Source: an uncultured delta proteobacterium
GTDB lineage: Bacteria > Desulfobacterota > Desulfobaccia > Desulfobaccales > 0-14-0-80-60-11
Assembly (NCBI GenBank): GCA_963812015.1
Contig: CAWETI010000003.1
Span: 1,632,001 to 1,696,000, forward strand
Length of the DNA: 64,000 nt
Direction: 5' to 3'
How positions within the stretch are numbered: position 1 is the stretch's first letter; each line of letters opens with the position of its first letter. Shown in pieces: positions 47,463-57,715 of the stretch. The notes beneath the pieces are model-generated. The model was given only the letters and a program-made list of their open reading frames with translations. It was not told the DNA's origin and searched no databases. The position numbers were made by a program, and so were the translations under genes.

Positions 47463-48671
47463 ATGGCCCGCCACTACTCTACCAGGGATTTCTTCCGCCA
47501 GATGCCGAATGTCCTGCTTGCCCGCTACTTTCAGGATCGGGGCTTGTTTGGCAATCTTGATTTCGCCGCCATGAAGGAAGGCAAGCCGGATGAGTTATTT
47601 GCGGCATGGCTGGCTCTGCCAGACAATCACCGTAACGCGATGGATGCGGAATTTTGGGACATCTTCGAGATGAGCTGCGAAAAAGGCTTTCGGGCAATCA
47701 TTGACGAGGCGACCTGGCAAATGCAGGAAGAGCCGGATGCTATTATGTCATTTATTGAAATGCTGTCGGCCCTTTCCAACCACTATGAAAGGGCGATGAT
47801 TACCTATTTGGATCACAATATCCTCTGGAAGGGGGCGACGCTCTTCTATCATGCGGATACGCTGCCTTATTGGCGGAAACGAAAAAATCTTTCCCACCGA
47901 TCAGCAGCGGTGGACGAGGCCAGCGTTCAGCGATTGGCTGCACTGATCCGCAATTACTTCCACCACACCGAGGGACGAGGAAAAAACTGTGTGATAGAAG
48001 CGTTCCGCCGAGGTGAACTGGACTATTTTTTTGCTTACCCTGAAGACTATTCACAGCAGAGCATCGAGTGGGTAAATGGGGAGTTTGACCGTCGCCCGCA
48101 CAATCCCGCCTTCGAGGTTATTTATGTCTATTCACAAAAGGAAGGCTCGCTAGACATAAACCTTCGAGGGTCCTACAAGGCCATCGAGCCGCTCCAGGGG
48201 ATGTTCGCGCAGGCGATACTAAAGCTCGACGGACTGCCGCCCGACCCAAAGGACGAGCGCGTGTATGACCTGAACCCACTCCTCCAGAAGGGTTTTAATT
48301 TTATTTACGATGCCGGCAGCGGTATCGAAAGAGTGACGGTAAAAAAACTGCGCCTCTCTTCACGGGTGATTAGGGGCTACCGAATTACCCTGGAAGCCGA
48401 TTCGTCCGATAATCCCGATGCCGTCTACGATTTACTCGACGAGATCAGAGCATCCTTGCGCCTGAGTATGTATAGCGTCACCCAGGTGGAATTGGCCGCT
48501 TCGGTGGTGACGGATGCGGACAAGCCGGCGAAAAAGGTGACCATCCGCATTACTTATCCCAACTCCTGCTCGCTCAGGTATGACGAGATCGGGCTCAGGC
48601 TGCGCACCATGCTGGAAGCCTCTGGGATCGAACCCAAGGAGCCGCCCAAAAACGCCGGGGCTGAAGCATGA
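47463..48671 (+). CDS. Hypothetical island backbone protein
   Basis: Long ORF; GAGGGAGG RBS before ATG 47463; overlaps the next gene. Confidence 0.8.
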   Translation: MARHYSTRDFFRQMPNVLLARYFQDRGLFGNLDFAAMKEGKPDELFAAWLALPDNHRNAMDAEFWDIFEMSCEKGFRAIIDEATWQMQEEPDAIMSFIEMLSALSNHYERAMITYLDHNILWKGATLFYHADTLPYWRKRKNLSHRSAAVDEASVQRLAALIRNYFHHTEGRGKNCVIEAFRRGELDYFFAYPEDYSQQSIEWVNGEFDRRPHNPAFEVIYVYSQKEGSLDINLRGSYKAIEPLQGMFAQAILKLDGLPPDPKDERVYDLNPLLQKGFNFIYDAGSGIERVTVKKLRLSSRVIRGYRITLEADSSDNPDAVYDLLDEIRASLRLSMYSVTQVELAASVVTDADKPAKKVTIRITYPNSCSLRYDEIGLRLRTMLEASGIEPKEPPKNAGAEA

Positions 48672-49456
48672 AGCCGGTGGATGCACTGGTTGAGCTATGG
48701 GACCGCGTAGGCGCCAACCACGGTGCTGCTGTCCTGGTCAATTACGACGAGCTGCGTCAATGGCCGTCCGAAGCAGTTAAGGCTATGCAATCACAAAGGA
48801 TAGTTGCCAAGGCACGCCCAGCTGCCAGCGCCATCTGCCCTGGGTGCGAGGATGAGTGTGTAATGCCGGTGCATACCGCGCCCGCCGCAGCACGCAGTGC
48901 GGTGTCGTTCATCGTTTGCGACAAACGCAGCGACACCAATAGGGTGCCGGTTTCTGCCAGTCGGCTGACCCAATGGCAGTGCAATGCTGAGTTAGTGTGC
49001 GGATTTATTGCGGCTTGCCTGGGATTGCGCCGTCGTAACAGGCAAGCGGCTAACGTCGATCTGTGGGAAGTTGGTATCGCCACCGGCAACAAGCGCAGCC
49101 AGATGCTCTGCCTGCAAGCCGATGGCGGATTGACCCTGGTCGTTGGCGGCAACAAGGTGCCGTTGGCTGAGTTAATCAAATTTTGCGACGGGCAATACTC
49201 GCTTGACGGCGCCATGATCCTCCGGATGGTGGATGCCGCGATTACGGCTGACAGCCGCTACACGCCAAGTCTGGCCAAGCGCGAGGTCCGCAAGCTGGAG
49301 ACCCAAAAACTGCATGCAACCTGGCAGAAAAAATATCGTGAGCTGAAACGCAGTAAACCCGGAAAAACCGATAGCTGGTATGCGCAGCAGATTGCAAAAA
49401 TGGACATTACCCCGCAACGCAATTCCGGGACCATCCGAAAAAACATGAAGAAGTGA
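48668..49456 (+). CDS. Hypothetical protein with Cys cluster and C-terminal HTH-like segment
   Basis: ATGA overlap; CPGCEDEC...CDK; basic C-terminus. Confidence 0.75.
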   Translation: MKPVDALVELWDRVGANHGAAVLVNYDELRQWPSEAVKAMQSQRIVAKARPAASAICPGCEDECVMPVHTAPAAARSAVSFIVCDKRSDTNRVPVSASRLTQWQCNAELVCGFIAACLGLRRRNRQAANVDLWEVGIATGNKRSQMLCLQADGGLTLVVGGNKVPLAELIKFCDGQYSLDGAMILRMVDAAITADSRYTPSLAKREVRKLETQKLHATWQKKYRELKRSKPGKTDSWYAQQIAKMDITPQRNSGTIRKNMKK

Positions 49457-49694
49457 AAAAAGTTGGGCGGAATTTTTTCGCCCAATCCGCCCGCCTGCTA
49501 TCCCTTTATTTTCCTGCTCTTTATCTCATCCCCTTACCATTGTTCCATCCAAAATTGTCCATCAGATATTACCTAACCATTTGTATTTGCAAATAATGCT
49601 GCGCTGGTGCCCGGCGTTGCACAGGCATTGCATCGCCCAAATCGCCATAAGACGCTTCACTCAACAATCCACTACAACGTTAGGAGGTTTAAAG

Positions 49695-49937
49695 ATGAAG
49701 CGTACCATACTAAGGATTCCGGCTGTTAAGTTTGAATCAGGACTTTCTCGCTCCACCATCTATCAGCGCATTGCGGAGAGACTGTGGACAAAGCCGGTAA
49801 GTCTTGGCGCTCGCGCGGTGGGGTGGCCTTCTGATGAAGTCGATGCGATCAATTCCGCGCGCATTGCCGGGAAGACCGACGAAGAAATCCGCACCCTGGT
49901 GGCGAAGCTGGAAGCTGATCGGAAGGTTGCGAAGTAA
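49695..49937 (+). CDS. alpA: AlpA-family regulator/excisionase
   Basis: ILRIPAV...SGLSRSTIY...KPVSLGARAVGWPSDEV; AGGAGG RBS. Confidence 0.9.
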   Translation: MKRTILRIPAVKFESGLSRSTIYQRIAERLWTKPVSLGARAVGWPSDEVDAINSARIAGKTDEEIRTLVAKLEADRKVAK

Positions 49938-50059
49938 GGGAATATGAGGATGAATTTTTTGTCGACAGTCTTTTCACCCGATTTGATGATGGAATCGGTT
50001 TCGTCGGTTTCAGTCCCGACAAGCGGCGAAAATGTGAGCAGTACTCGATGCAGAGGTGA

Positions 50060-50533
50060 GTGATGCAAAAACGACATCCAAACCACCGCCTCGTGAAAAT
50101 TCACCGCAGTTACACGGTGGAAGAAATCGCCGAACTGTTCGCCATTCATAAAAATACTGTGCGCAACTGGGTCAAGAGCGGCCTTTCCACAAGCGATGAC
50201 AAGCGCCCCATGCTTATTCTTGGTATTGACCTTGCGGCATTCCTTCAGGCCCGCAGGACGAAAAATAAGCGACCTTGCAGGCCGGGGGAGATCTACTGCG
50301 TCCGGTGCCGCGCTCCGAAATTCCCGGCCGCGAGCATGGCGGAATATGTACCAGTCACCGAAAAGTTTGGAAACCTGGTAGCGATTTGCCCGGACTGCGG
50401 CGCCATCATGAACCGGCGCGTCAGCTTGGCCAGGATCGGCCAGATACGCGGCGGAATGGACATCAGCTTTCCGCAAGCACTGGAACATATAGTCGAGAGT
50501 GCCAAACCCACCGTGAATAGTGACTTGAGATAA
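50060..50533 (+). CDS. HTH DNA-binding protein with C-terminal zinc ribbon
   Basis: YTVEEIAELFAIHKNTVRNW; CVRC...CPDC. Confidence 0.8.
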   Translation: MMQKRHPNHRLVKIHRSYTVEEIAELFAIHKNTVRNWVKSGLSTSDDKRPMLILGIDLAAFLQARRTKNKRPCRPGEIYCVRCRAPKFPAASMAEYVPVTEKFGNLVAICPDCGAIMNRRVSLARIGQIRGGMDISFPQALEHIVESAKPTVNSDLR

Positions 50534-50546
50534 GGGGCAATAAACC

Positions 50547-51650
50547 ATGAAAAAGCACTGTGCAGAGAATGAACGCATTAAACGTCGGTACTTCGCGTTC
50601 ATGAAGGAGGCCAAACGTCACAGTGAGCCGACGGTCGATGCGGCTGCAAAGGCTCTAAATCGGTTTGAGGTTTATACCAAGTTCAGAGATTTCAAGACAT
50701 TTCACTTCCAACAGGCAATCGCGTTCAAGAGGCATCTTGCAGAGCAGAAGGGACAGCAGTCCAGGGAGAAATTGAGCAAGGCGACCTTGCATGCAACACT
50801 CATGCAGCTCAAACGATTTTTCCAGTGGCTTGCGTGGCAACCGGGCTACAAGTCGCGTTTGCAGTATTCCGATGCCGATTACTTCAATTTATCGAACAAG
50901 GATATCCGCATCGCTACAGCTCAACGACAACAAAAGGTGCCGACCTTGGAGCAGATCGAGCACGTCATTAAGACGATGCTGGCCAAGACGGATATTGAGC
51001 GCCGCAACCGCGCTTTGGTGGCATTCACACTGCTGACTGGTGCACGGGATAGTGCCATAGCCTCGATGAAGCTAAAGCATGTTGATCTGATCACGAACAG
51101 CGTCAATCAAGATGCGCGGGAAGTAAAGACAAAATTCAGCAAAACCTTCAGTACCTTCTTCTTTCCGGTGGGTGAAAAAGTCCGCGAAATTGTGGAAGCG
51201 TGGGTATCATATCTCCGGAATGAAAAGCTATGGGGCAATGATGATCCACTATTCCCGGCGACATATATTTCGCTGGGGGCTAGTCGCCAATTCGAAGCGG
51301 CAGGGCTGACACGGAAACATTGGAGTAGTGCCACGCCCATTCGAACAATCTTTCGCGAAGCCTTTGCCAATGCTGGTCTACCATATTTCAACCCGCATAG
51401 CTTTAGGAATACCCTTGTCCAACTCGGCCAGGATATTTGCAAGACCCCTGAACAGTTCAAGGCGTGGAGCCAAAATCTGGGGCATGAGAAAGTATTGACG
51501 ACCTTTCTAAGCTATGGTGAGGTTGCGTGCCAGCGTCAGGGGGAAATCATCCGCGATTTGACGACGCCTCAAAGGGCCGTGCCAACGGATGCCGACGAAA
51601 TCGCCGAGGCGGTGTACAAAAAGTTGCGTTTGTCGGGGATGAATGTGTAA
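50547..51650 (+). CDS. Second tyrosine recombinase (no P4-type arm domain)
   Basis: RNRAL...LTGARD, KTK, PHSFRN, QNLGH, SYG catalytic set. Confidence 0.88.
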   Translation: MKKHCAENERIKRRYFAFMKEAKRHSEPTVDAAAKALNRFEVYTKFRDFKTFHFQQAIAFKRHLAEQKGQQSREKLSKATLHATLMQLKRFFQWLAWQPGYKSRLQYSDADYFNLSNKDIRIATAQRQQKVPTLEQIEHVIKTMLAKTDIERRNRALVAFTLLTGARDSAIASMKLKHVDLITNSVNQDAREVKTKFSKTFSTFFFPVGEKVREIVEAWVSYLRNEKLWGNDDPLFPATYISLGASRQFEAAGLTRKHWSSATPIRTIFREAFANAGLPYFNPHSFRNTLVQLGQDICKTPEQFKAWSQNLGHEKVLTTFLSYGEVACQRQGEIIRDLTTPQRAVPTDADEIAEAVYKKLRLSGMNV

Positions 51651-51820
51651 GAATGAAGCAAAAAGCGCGCATGGAAGCGGGAATAAAAATTTGCCGTGGA
51701 GGTGGATCTGCCAATCTAAGCTCCTCCAGCAGTCAACATTTGGGGGTATTTTTGGGGGTATTCTAAAATATAAATATTAAGAAATGTCATGATTACATAA
51801 AGTTGATATGATAATGTGTC

Positions 51821-51837
51821 TCCGGCCTCCGCACCAC
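51821..51837 (+). repeat. attR of island 2 (tRNA-Leu 3' end with a 1-nt deletion)
   Basis: TCCGGCCTCCGCACCAC vs TCCGGCCTCCGGCACCAC. Confidence 0.82.
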
Positions 51838-51939
51838 TTAATCATATTAATCATAAGGGTTTGCGGGCTTAATGGGTTCGCGGCCCTTTGTTCTTTTTGA
51901 GGCTTGATGAATATAATATCTAGGTGAATGCCAGTACCG

Positions 51940-52203
51940 ATTTTCCGCCCTCAATGCTTCCTCCAGCTTCTCGATGATCTGCTCCGGTGTATAACGTTTC
52001 TTGCCCATCTCCCTGTCTCCCTCGTCCTTACTCTGTTGGCTGGGTAATTTATGGCTATCGCAGACAGGATATCCCATGACCCCCAAAATGGAAAAAAGCG
52101 GCATATTTTCACTCAAAATGGTTCCCAAAAGAGGGCATCTCCAAAAAGTGAAATTTTCTTACTAAATTTGGTCCACAAAAGAGGCATCTTCAGAGGCAGG
52201 TCA
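51940..52203 (-). pseudogene. IS3-family left-end remnant (truncated orfA)
   Basis: TGACCTGCC terminus at 52203 (minus strand); MGKKRYTPEQIIEKLEEA resembles the IS3 OrfA N-terminus. Confidence 0.65.
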
Positions 52204-52540
52204 GGACTTTTTGTTGATATTTTATAATTATTATGGCGATAATGAAGTTTATAAGCTCAAAATAACCTTCAAGGAGGAGGGTGGGGGGTTGAGTATCCCC
52301 AGTAAAGATAATAACTATATTGTCGGTCCCAGCTTTCCTATAAAATTACGGAAAAGTTGTCCGTGTCAACTCAATATAGTTATTCAGGGGCAGAGAATTT
52401 GGTTGCCAATGGCGGCTCCGCTCATTTACATCAGGCCTGGATAGAATTCACCTATACCTACCCCCTGCATTATCAGAAATGACAGGTCTTGCCTTTTGAG
52501 GTAGCTATGATAAACCGTAGTAACGATCGAGAGGCGTAAC

Positions 52541-53557
52541 TTGCCTGAGTCTTTAATAAATAAAATGCCTGCCTCGAAACTGGCCGCAGATTGGCAAAAA
52601 ATCGCCCAAGGGGTGCTGGAAGCCGAGGCGCAGGCCCTGGTCGCGGTGGCAGCGCGCCTGGACCATAACCTGAGCCAGGCGGTGGGGCTACTGTTGCGCC
52701 ATAACGGCAAGGTGGTGGTCAGCGGCATCGGCAAATCCGGGCATATTGGCCAAAAAATCGCCGCCACCCTGGCCAGCACCGGCACCCCGGCGGTGTTTCT
52801 CCATGCCGCCGAAGCCGTGCACGGCGATTTGGGCATCTATACCCCGGGGGACCCCAGCATCCTGATCTCCAAGAGCGGCAGCACTGCGGAATTGCTGCGG
52901 TTCATCCCCGTGTTACGGCAATTCCAGTCGCCGTTGATCGCCATCCTGGGGAACCTCAACTCCCCCATGGCCAAACAGGCTGACGTGGTTTTAGATGCCC
53001 GGGTGGAAAAAGAGGCTGATCCCCTTAACCTGGCGCCCACCTGCAGCACTACCGCAGCCTTGGGCTTGGGGGATGCCTTGGCGGTGGCCCTCATGCTAGC
53101 CCGTCGGTTTACCGATAAAGATTTTGCCCGTTACCATCCCGCCGGCCAGTTAGGACGAAGTTTATGGTTGAAAGTATCGGATGTCATGCACCAAGGTGAT
53201 GCTGTGGCCTGGGTGCAACCGGATACCCCCTTGCGCCAGGTGATCGTTGCCATGTCCCAGCGGCCCTTGGGCGCGGCCTGCGTGGTGGATGAAGATTGGC
53301 GGTTGCTGGGGATTTTTACCGACGGTGACCTGCGGCGCGTGCTACTCACCCACGAAGAAATCCGGCCCCTCACCGCCGCCGACTGCATGACCAGAGAACC
53401 CATTACCATCACCCCGGAGGCCAGCTTGAAAGAAGCCACCCGCCTTATGGAAGACCGGGCCTCCCAGATTTCCGTCCTGCCGGTGGTGGACCATTCGATC
53501 CAGCGCTGCCTGGGCTTAATCCGGATTCATGATATTTATCAACCGGAGTTAATCTAA
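52541..53557 (+). CDS. kdsD: KpsF/GutQ-family arabinose-5-phosphate isomerase (SIS + CBS)
   Basis: SGIGKSGHIG, ASTGTPA, EAVHGDLG, ISKSG, LAPT, YHPAG, TDGDLRR; start may be ATG 52565. Confidence 0.9.
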   Translation: MPESLINKMPASKLAADWQKIAQGVLEAEAQALVAVAARLDHNLSQAVGLLLRHNGKVVVSGIGKSGHIGQKIAATLASTGTPAVFLHAAEAVHGDLGIYTPGDPSILISKSGSTAELLRFIPVLRQFQSPLIAILGNLNSPMAKQADVVLDARVEKEADPLNLAPTCSTTAALGLGDALAVALMLARRFTDKDFARYHPAGQLGRSLWLKVSDVMHQGDAVAWVQPDTPLRQVIVAMSQRPLGAACVVDEDWRLLGIFTDGDLRRVLLTHEEIRPLTAADCMTREPITITPEASLKEATRLMEDRASQISVLPVVDHSIQRCLGLIRIHDIYQPELI

Positions 53558-53954
53558 AAGAATATGGGGCTTCTTTTGGACCTCGCAATCTTGATGAAAA
53601 CCATCCGCATCGTGCTTTTCGGCCACGGCAAATAGCCTGGCGATTCCCGTAGTGTCAAATCCAGTATCTGCTCTGGGGCCACCACCGGGTCCCCCATCCC
53701 CCGGCCAGCATTACGCCAGAGAGAGGATTTTTGGGGCATCAACCATGCTGGCTCTCTTCCCTGAACAACCGACCCATGGCAGATCTCTTTGGTGTCCGCA
53801 TTGCCTGAGAACCGCATCGCCCCCGCCCGAGTCCCCCGGGTTATGAAAAAATTCCCCCCTCCGAGTCTTCACCTGGGTGCATAACCGCGGTATACTCGCC
53901 TTCGCCGATCTCACCCTATCTTCATCCTCAAAAAAATCCGAGACGGGAGGTTTC

Positions 53955-54311
53955 ATGAGCAAATTTCTCTTTGTCCTGACCAGGGGGCCGGAAGACCCCA
54001 CCCGGGCGGTGCGCTGCTTCCAGTTCGCCAAGATCGCCGCGGATAAGGGCCATGACGTGACCGTGTTCCTGGTGGATGACGCCGCCTATTTCGCCAACCT
54101 GTCCCTCACCGAGCGGGTCAAGGCCCCCACCGGAGACGAACTCATCACCTACTGGAAGTTCCTGGTGGACAAAAAAGCCACCATCCTGGTGTGCAAACCC
54201 TGCGCCGAGACCCGTCTCATCAGCGCCGAGGACCTGCCTCCGGGCACGGCCATCGGCACCGGCGTCACCCTCATCGACCTGGCCGCGGAGTCCAAGGTAT
54301 TTACCTTTTAA
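53955..54311 (+). CDS. DsrE/DsrF-like protein
   Basis: FLFVLTRGPEDPTRA...VFLVDDA...VCKPCA; GGAGG RBS. Confidence 0.82.
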   Translation: MSKFLFVLTRGPEDPTRAVRCFQFAKIAADKGHDVTVFLVDDAAYFANLSLTERVKAPTGDELITYWKFLVDKKATILVCKPCAETRLISAEDLPPGTAIGTGVTLIDLAAESKVFTF

Positions 54312-55050
54312 AGACGTCTTCTCCGTTTATCCATCTCTCCACCGGGTTTTCCTGGGCAAAAAAATCGTGCAGGGCCCGGGTCAGGTTAAGGGTGGTGGCC
54401 TGGCAGCCCACCTCCCGGCAACCCTCCAAGACGCCGGCGCTCACCGAAACCGCGATCTCGTGGCGGTGGGCGTAGTAGCGGCTGGCGGCCAGGCTGCCGG
54501 CTCGTAATTCGGCTTCGCAGCCCTCCCGGTCCAGGCCGTGCATGGCCCGGCACACCAGGGACCGGATGGGATAAATCGAGCAGGTTCGTTTGGCCAACAA
54601 CGGACAGGGAATCTGACCGCGCCGGGCCGCAATTTCGGCCTTGCCCTTCCCGGCGGTGAGTTGCATGATCCGGGCTACATGTGCCAGGAGCAGGTCTTTG
54701 GCAGCCTCATGGAAATATTCCTCAATATGGTGGCCTATGAGCAACGCCTCCGGGGGGGTCAGTTCCACCTGGTTATAGCAGCAGGCATCGCAGCGGGCCT
54801 CACAGGCGATGGGCTGGGGAAGCGGGTTTTCCGCTTCAAACCGGCCCGTCAGGTGATCGGTCAGATAAAAGGCGCTGGCCGCGATCTCCAGGGCTCGTTC
54901 CGCCACCCGGCCCTGGCCCACGATGGCAACGACGTTGTCCCGGGCCGCGGCGGCAATGCTTTGATCGACCCGACTCACGGGCCGGCGCTCTGAGACGCCG
55001 CGGCTTCTCCGGGCCTGCTTGGCCATTTTTCTTCTCTGCTCCCGGTTCAT
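54301..55050 (-). CDS. YkgJ-family cysteine-cluster protein (CxxxCxxCC)
   Basis: CEARCDACC...CPLL...CSIYPIRSLVCR. Confidence 0.82.
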   Translation of the reverse strand: MNREQRRKMAKQARRSRGVSERRPVSRVDQSIAAAARDNVVAIVGQGRVAERALEIAASAFYLTDHLTGRFEAENPLPQPIACEARCDACCYNQVELTPPEALLIGHHIEEYFHEAAKDLLLAHVARIMQLTAGKGKAEIAARRGQIPCPLLAKRTCSIYPIRSLVCRAMHGLDREGCEAELRAGSLAASRYYAHRHEIAVSVSAGVLEGCREVGCQATTLNLTRALHDFFAQENPVERWINGEDVFKR

Positions 55051-55233
55051 CTGGCTACGCCCTCGGCAAAGATAATCCCCGCCTTTGTTTTCACCAGTGG
55101 TTATCATTGAAACTCGGCCGGGGCAAGTAATTTGAGATTTCTGTCGAAATCTTTGGGAGAGAGGCCCAGGCGTTTTGGCGTAAGTGGCTCGTGCGGTCGT
55201 CGCGTTCCCCCCTTATCCAACTCCTACATCAGT

Positions 55234-55263
55234 GGTGGCGGCGGTTCGCGAACCGCCCTTACG
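55234..55263. repeat. REP-like palindrome
   Basis: GGCGGTTCGCGAACCGCC hairpin in an intergenic region. Confidence 0.5.
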
Positions 55264-55397
55264 CGGGCTGAATTTGGAGGGAGGGTAGGGTAGGGGAAGA
55301 CCTTACAAAAAATAAGAAAAACTTGCTCCGGTCCTCTCCTCAAAATTGTTTTCAGCGGTTGACCTATCCGCCATTTTAGCATTAATTATTAAGTTGG

Positions 55398-57527
55398 ATG
55401 GAAGCGCTTTCTATGAGCCTGGCGGACCGGAAAGAAACCCTGCTGCGCATCGAGAACCTGACGGTGCATTACGGCGCGGCCCAGGCCCTGTTCGGCATCG
55501 ATCTGGAGGTGCGCCAGGGTGAGACCGTGGCCCTGGTGGGGGCCAACGGGGCCGGCAAGACCAGCCTCCTCAAGGCCGTCATGGGCCTGGCCCCGCCCTC
55601 CGGGGGCCGCATCTTCCTGGACGGGGTCGACGTCACCGGCTCGTCTCCGGCCGCCATGGCGTCCAAAGGCGTGGCCCTGTGCCCCGAGGGGCGGGAGATG
55701 TTCGGGGACCTGACGGTGAAGGAGAACCTGGAACTGGGTGCCCTGGCCCTTCGCATCAGCCACCCGGAGATGGCCCGGCGTATGGCCGCGGTCTATGCCC
55801 GGTTCACCAAACTGCAGGAGCGGGCCGGACAGCGCACCAACACCCTTTCCGGCGGAGAGCAGCAGATGGTGGCCATGGGCCGGGCCCTGATGGCCCAGCC
55901 CCGGCTGCTGCTCCTGGATGAGCCGTCCCTGGGGCTGGCCCCCCTCATCACCGACGAGATCTTCGACATCATCAAGCAACTCACCCGGGCCGGGGTGACC
56001 ACCCTCCTGGTGGAGCAAAACGCCGCCCGGGCCCTCACCGCATCCCGGTCCGCCTATCTTTTGGCCAACGGCCGCATCGTCGGCCAGGGCCGGAGCGACG
56101 AGCTTTTGGTGGACCCGGAACTGCGCCGGGCCTTCCTGGGGGCGGGTTCCGACCACAACCCTGCCGCGTCCCGCCTGGGCGCGACGGGATTGACCAATAT
56201 CAGATTGGAGAAACCGAATTTGAGTCAGCAGACCTTTGTGCCACCTTTCAAGACCATGGACGAACTCAAGGACCATCAACTGGCGGGCCTCAAGTGGACG
56301 GTGCGCCACGCCTATGAAGGCTCCAGCTTTTACCGGGCCCACCTGGACGCCGCCGGGGTTTCCCCCGCTGCTATCCGCTCCCTGGAGGACTTACAAAAAC
56401 TCCCCCTGACCACGGGGGAGGACTTACGGGACGGCTACCCCTTCCCGTTCCGGTCCGTGCCCTATGAGCAGATCGTGCGCATCCACGCCTCCAGCGGCAC
56501 CACCGGCAAGCGCAAGATCCTGTGCTACACCGCCAAGGACGTGGCGGACTGGCGGCACTTCTTCGCCCGGTGTTACGAGATGGCCGGGGTCACCCCCTTG
56601 GACCGGGTGCAGATCGCGGTGGGCTACGGGGTCTGGACCGCAGGGGTGGGCTTCCAGGCGGGCTGTGAAGAATTGGGGGCCATGGCCGTGCCCGTGGGGC
56701 CGGGAAACGTGGACCTGCAATGCGAGTTTTTGATGGATCTCCAGAGCACGGTGTTGTGCTGCACCGCGTCCATGGGGCTCTTAATGGCCGAAGAGGTCAA
56801 CCAGCGGGGCATCGCCGACAAGATCAACCTGAAGAAGGTCATTTACGGGTCGGAGCGCTCCTCCGTGTCCATGCGCCGCAAGGTCTCCGAGCTGTTAGGG
56901 GGCGTGGAACTCTTCGACATCCCGGGGATGACGGAGCTCTATGGGCCGGGGAGCGGGATCGAGTGCCCGGACCACGACTGCATCCACTACTGGGCCGACT
57001 ACTACATCCTGGAGATCCTGGACCCGGAGACCCTGACGCCGGTTCCTGACGGGGAGTGGGGGGAGATGGTGGTCACCACCCTGGGCAAGGAGGCCGCGCC
57101 CCTGATCCGCTACCGCACCCGGGACATCACCCGCATTATTCCGGGGCCGTGCACCTGCGGCGCCCTCCTGCCCCGGCATTCCCGTCTCCGGGGCCGCACC
57201 GACGACATGTTCAAATTCCGGGCGGTGAACATCTATCCCTCCAGCGTCGACCGCATCCTGTCCGAGGTCCCGGGCCTGGGCTCCGAGTACCAGATCCACC
57301 TGACCCGGGACGAGGCCGGCCGGGATCACATGCTCCTCAAGGTGGAGCGGGGCGAAGGGGTGGAAGCCGGTCGCACCGACGAGTTGGGCCGGGAAGTGCG
57401 CTACGTGGTCAAACACCGGCTCATGGTCACCCCGGAGGTGGAGGTGGTGGACTACGGGAAGCTGCCCCGGTCCGAGCGCAAGAGCCTGCGGGTCTTTGAC
57501 GGCCGGCTCACGGATTCGGTGGTTTAG
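55398..57527 (+). CDS. Fusion of a LivF-type ABC ATPase and a phenylacetate-CoA ligase (PaaK-like)
   Basis: GANGAGKT, LSGGEQQM, LLDEPSLGLAP, LLVEQN; then RIHASSGTTGK, GMTELYGPG, PLIRYRTRD, GRTDDM in one frame. Confidence 0.88.
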   Translation: MEALSMSLADRKETLLRIENLTVHYGAAQALFGIDLEVRQGETVALVGANGAGKTSLLKAVMGLAPPSGGRIFLDGVDVTGSSPAAMASKGVALCPEGREMFGDLTVKENLELGALALRISHPEMARRMAAVYARFTKLQERAGQRTNTLSGGEQQMVAMGRALMAQPRLLLLDEPSLGLAPLITDEIFDIIKQLTRAGVTTLLVEQNAARALTASRSAYLLANGRIVGQGRSDELLVDPELRRAFLGAGSDHNPAASRLGATGLTNIRLEKPNLSQQTFVPPFKTMDELKDHQLAGLKWTVRHAYEGSSFYRAHLDAAGVSPAAIRSLEDLQKLPLTTGEDLRDGYPFPFRSVPYEQIVRIHASSGTTGKRKILCYTAKDVADWRHFFARCYEMAGVTPLDRVQIAVGYGVWTAGVGFQAGCEELGAMAVPVGPGNVDLQCEFLMDLQSTVLCCTASMGLLMAEEVNQRGIADKINLKKVIYGSERSSVSMRRKVSELLGGVELFDIPGMTELYGPGSGIECPDHDCIHYWADYYILEILDPETLTPVPDGEWGEMVVTTLGKEAAPLIRYRTRDITRIIPGPCTCGALLPRHSRLRGRTDDMFKFRAVNIYPSSVDRILSEVPGLGSEYQIHLTRDEAGRDHMLLKVERGEGVEAGRTDELGREVRYVVKHRLMVTPEVEVVDYGKLPRSERKSLRVFDGRLTDSVV

Positions 57528-57586
57528 CTGGCGCTGCATAATTACTCTGACCGGGAAAACCAGGGTTTTTAACCCTTTGTTTCTAA

Positions 57587-57715
57587 CAGACGGTTGAAAA
57601 ACCACAAATTTTCCAGTTGGTCATTCTGAGCGAAGCGAAGAATCTCGTATTTTCAGGCAGATGAGATCCTTCCCGGCGCTCAGGATGACAAGAAAGCCAA
57701 TTCTTCAACAGCCTG
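57587..57715. mobile_element. 129-bp MITE (copy 2)
   Basis: CAGACGGTTGAAAAA...TTCTTCAACAGCCTG with CTAA/CTCA flanks; same internal hairpin as 3905-4033. Confidence 0.75.

Larger units (their letters stand above)
21243..51837. mobile_element. Island 2: about 30.6-kb genomic island with a P4-family integrase
   Basis: TCCGGCCTCCGGCACCAC (21243-21260) recurs as TCCGGCCTCC-GCACCAC (51821-51837); GGGGTA repeats near both ends (21364-21410, 51741-51762); integrase at left, AlpA at right. Confidence 0.87.
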
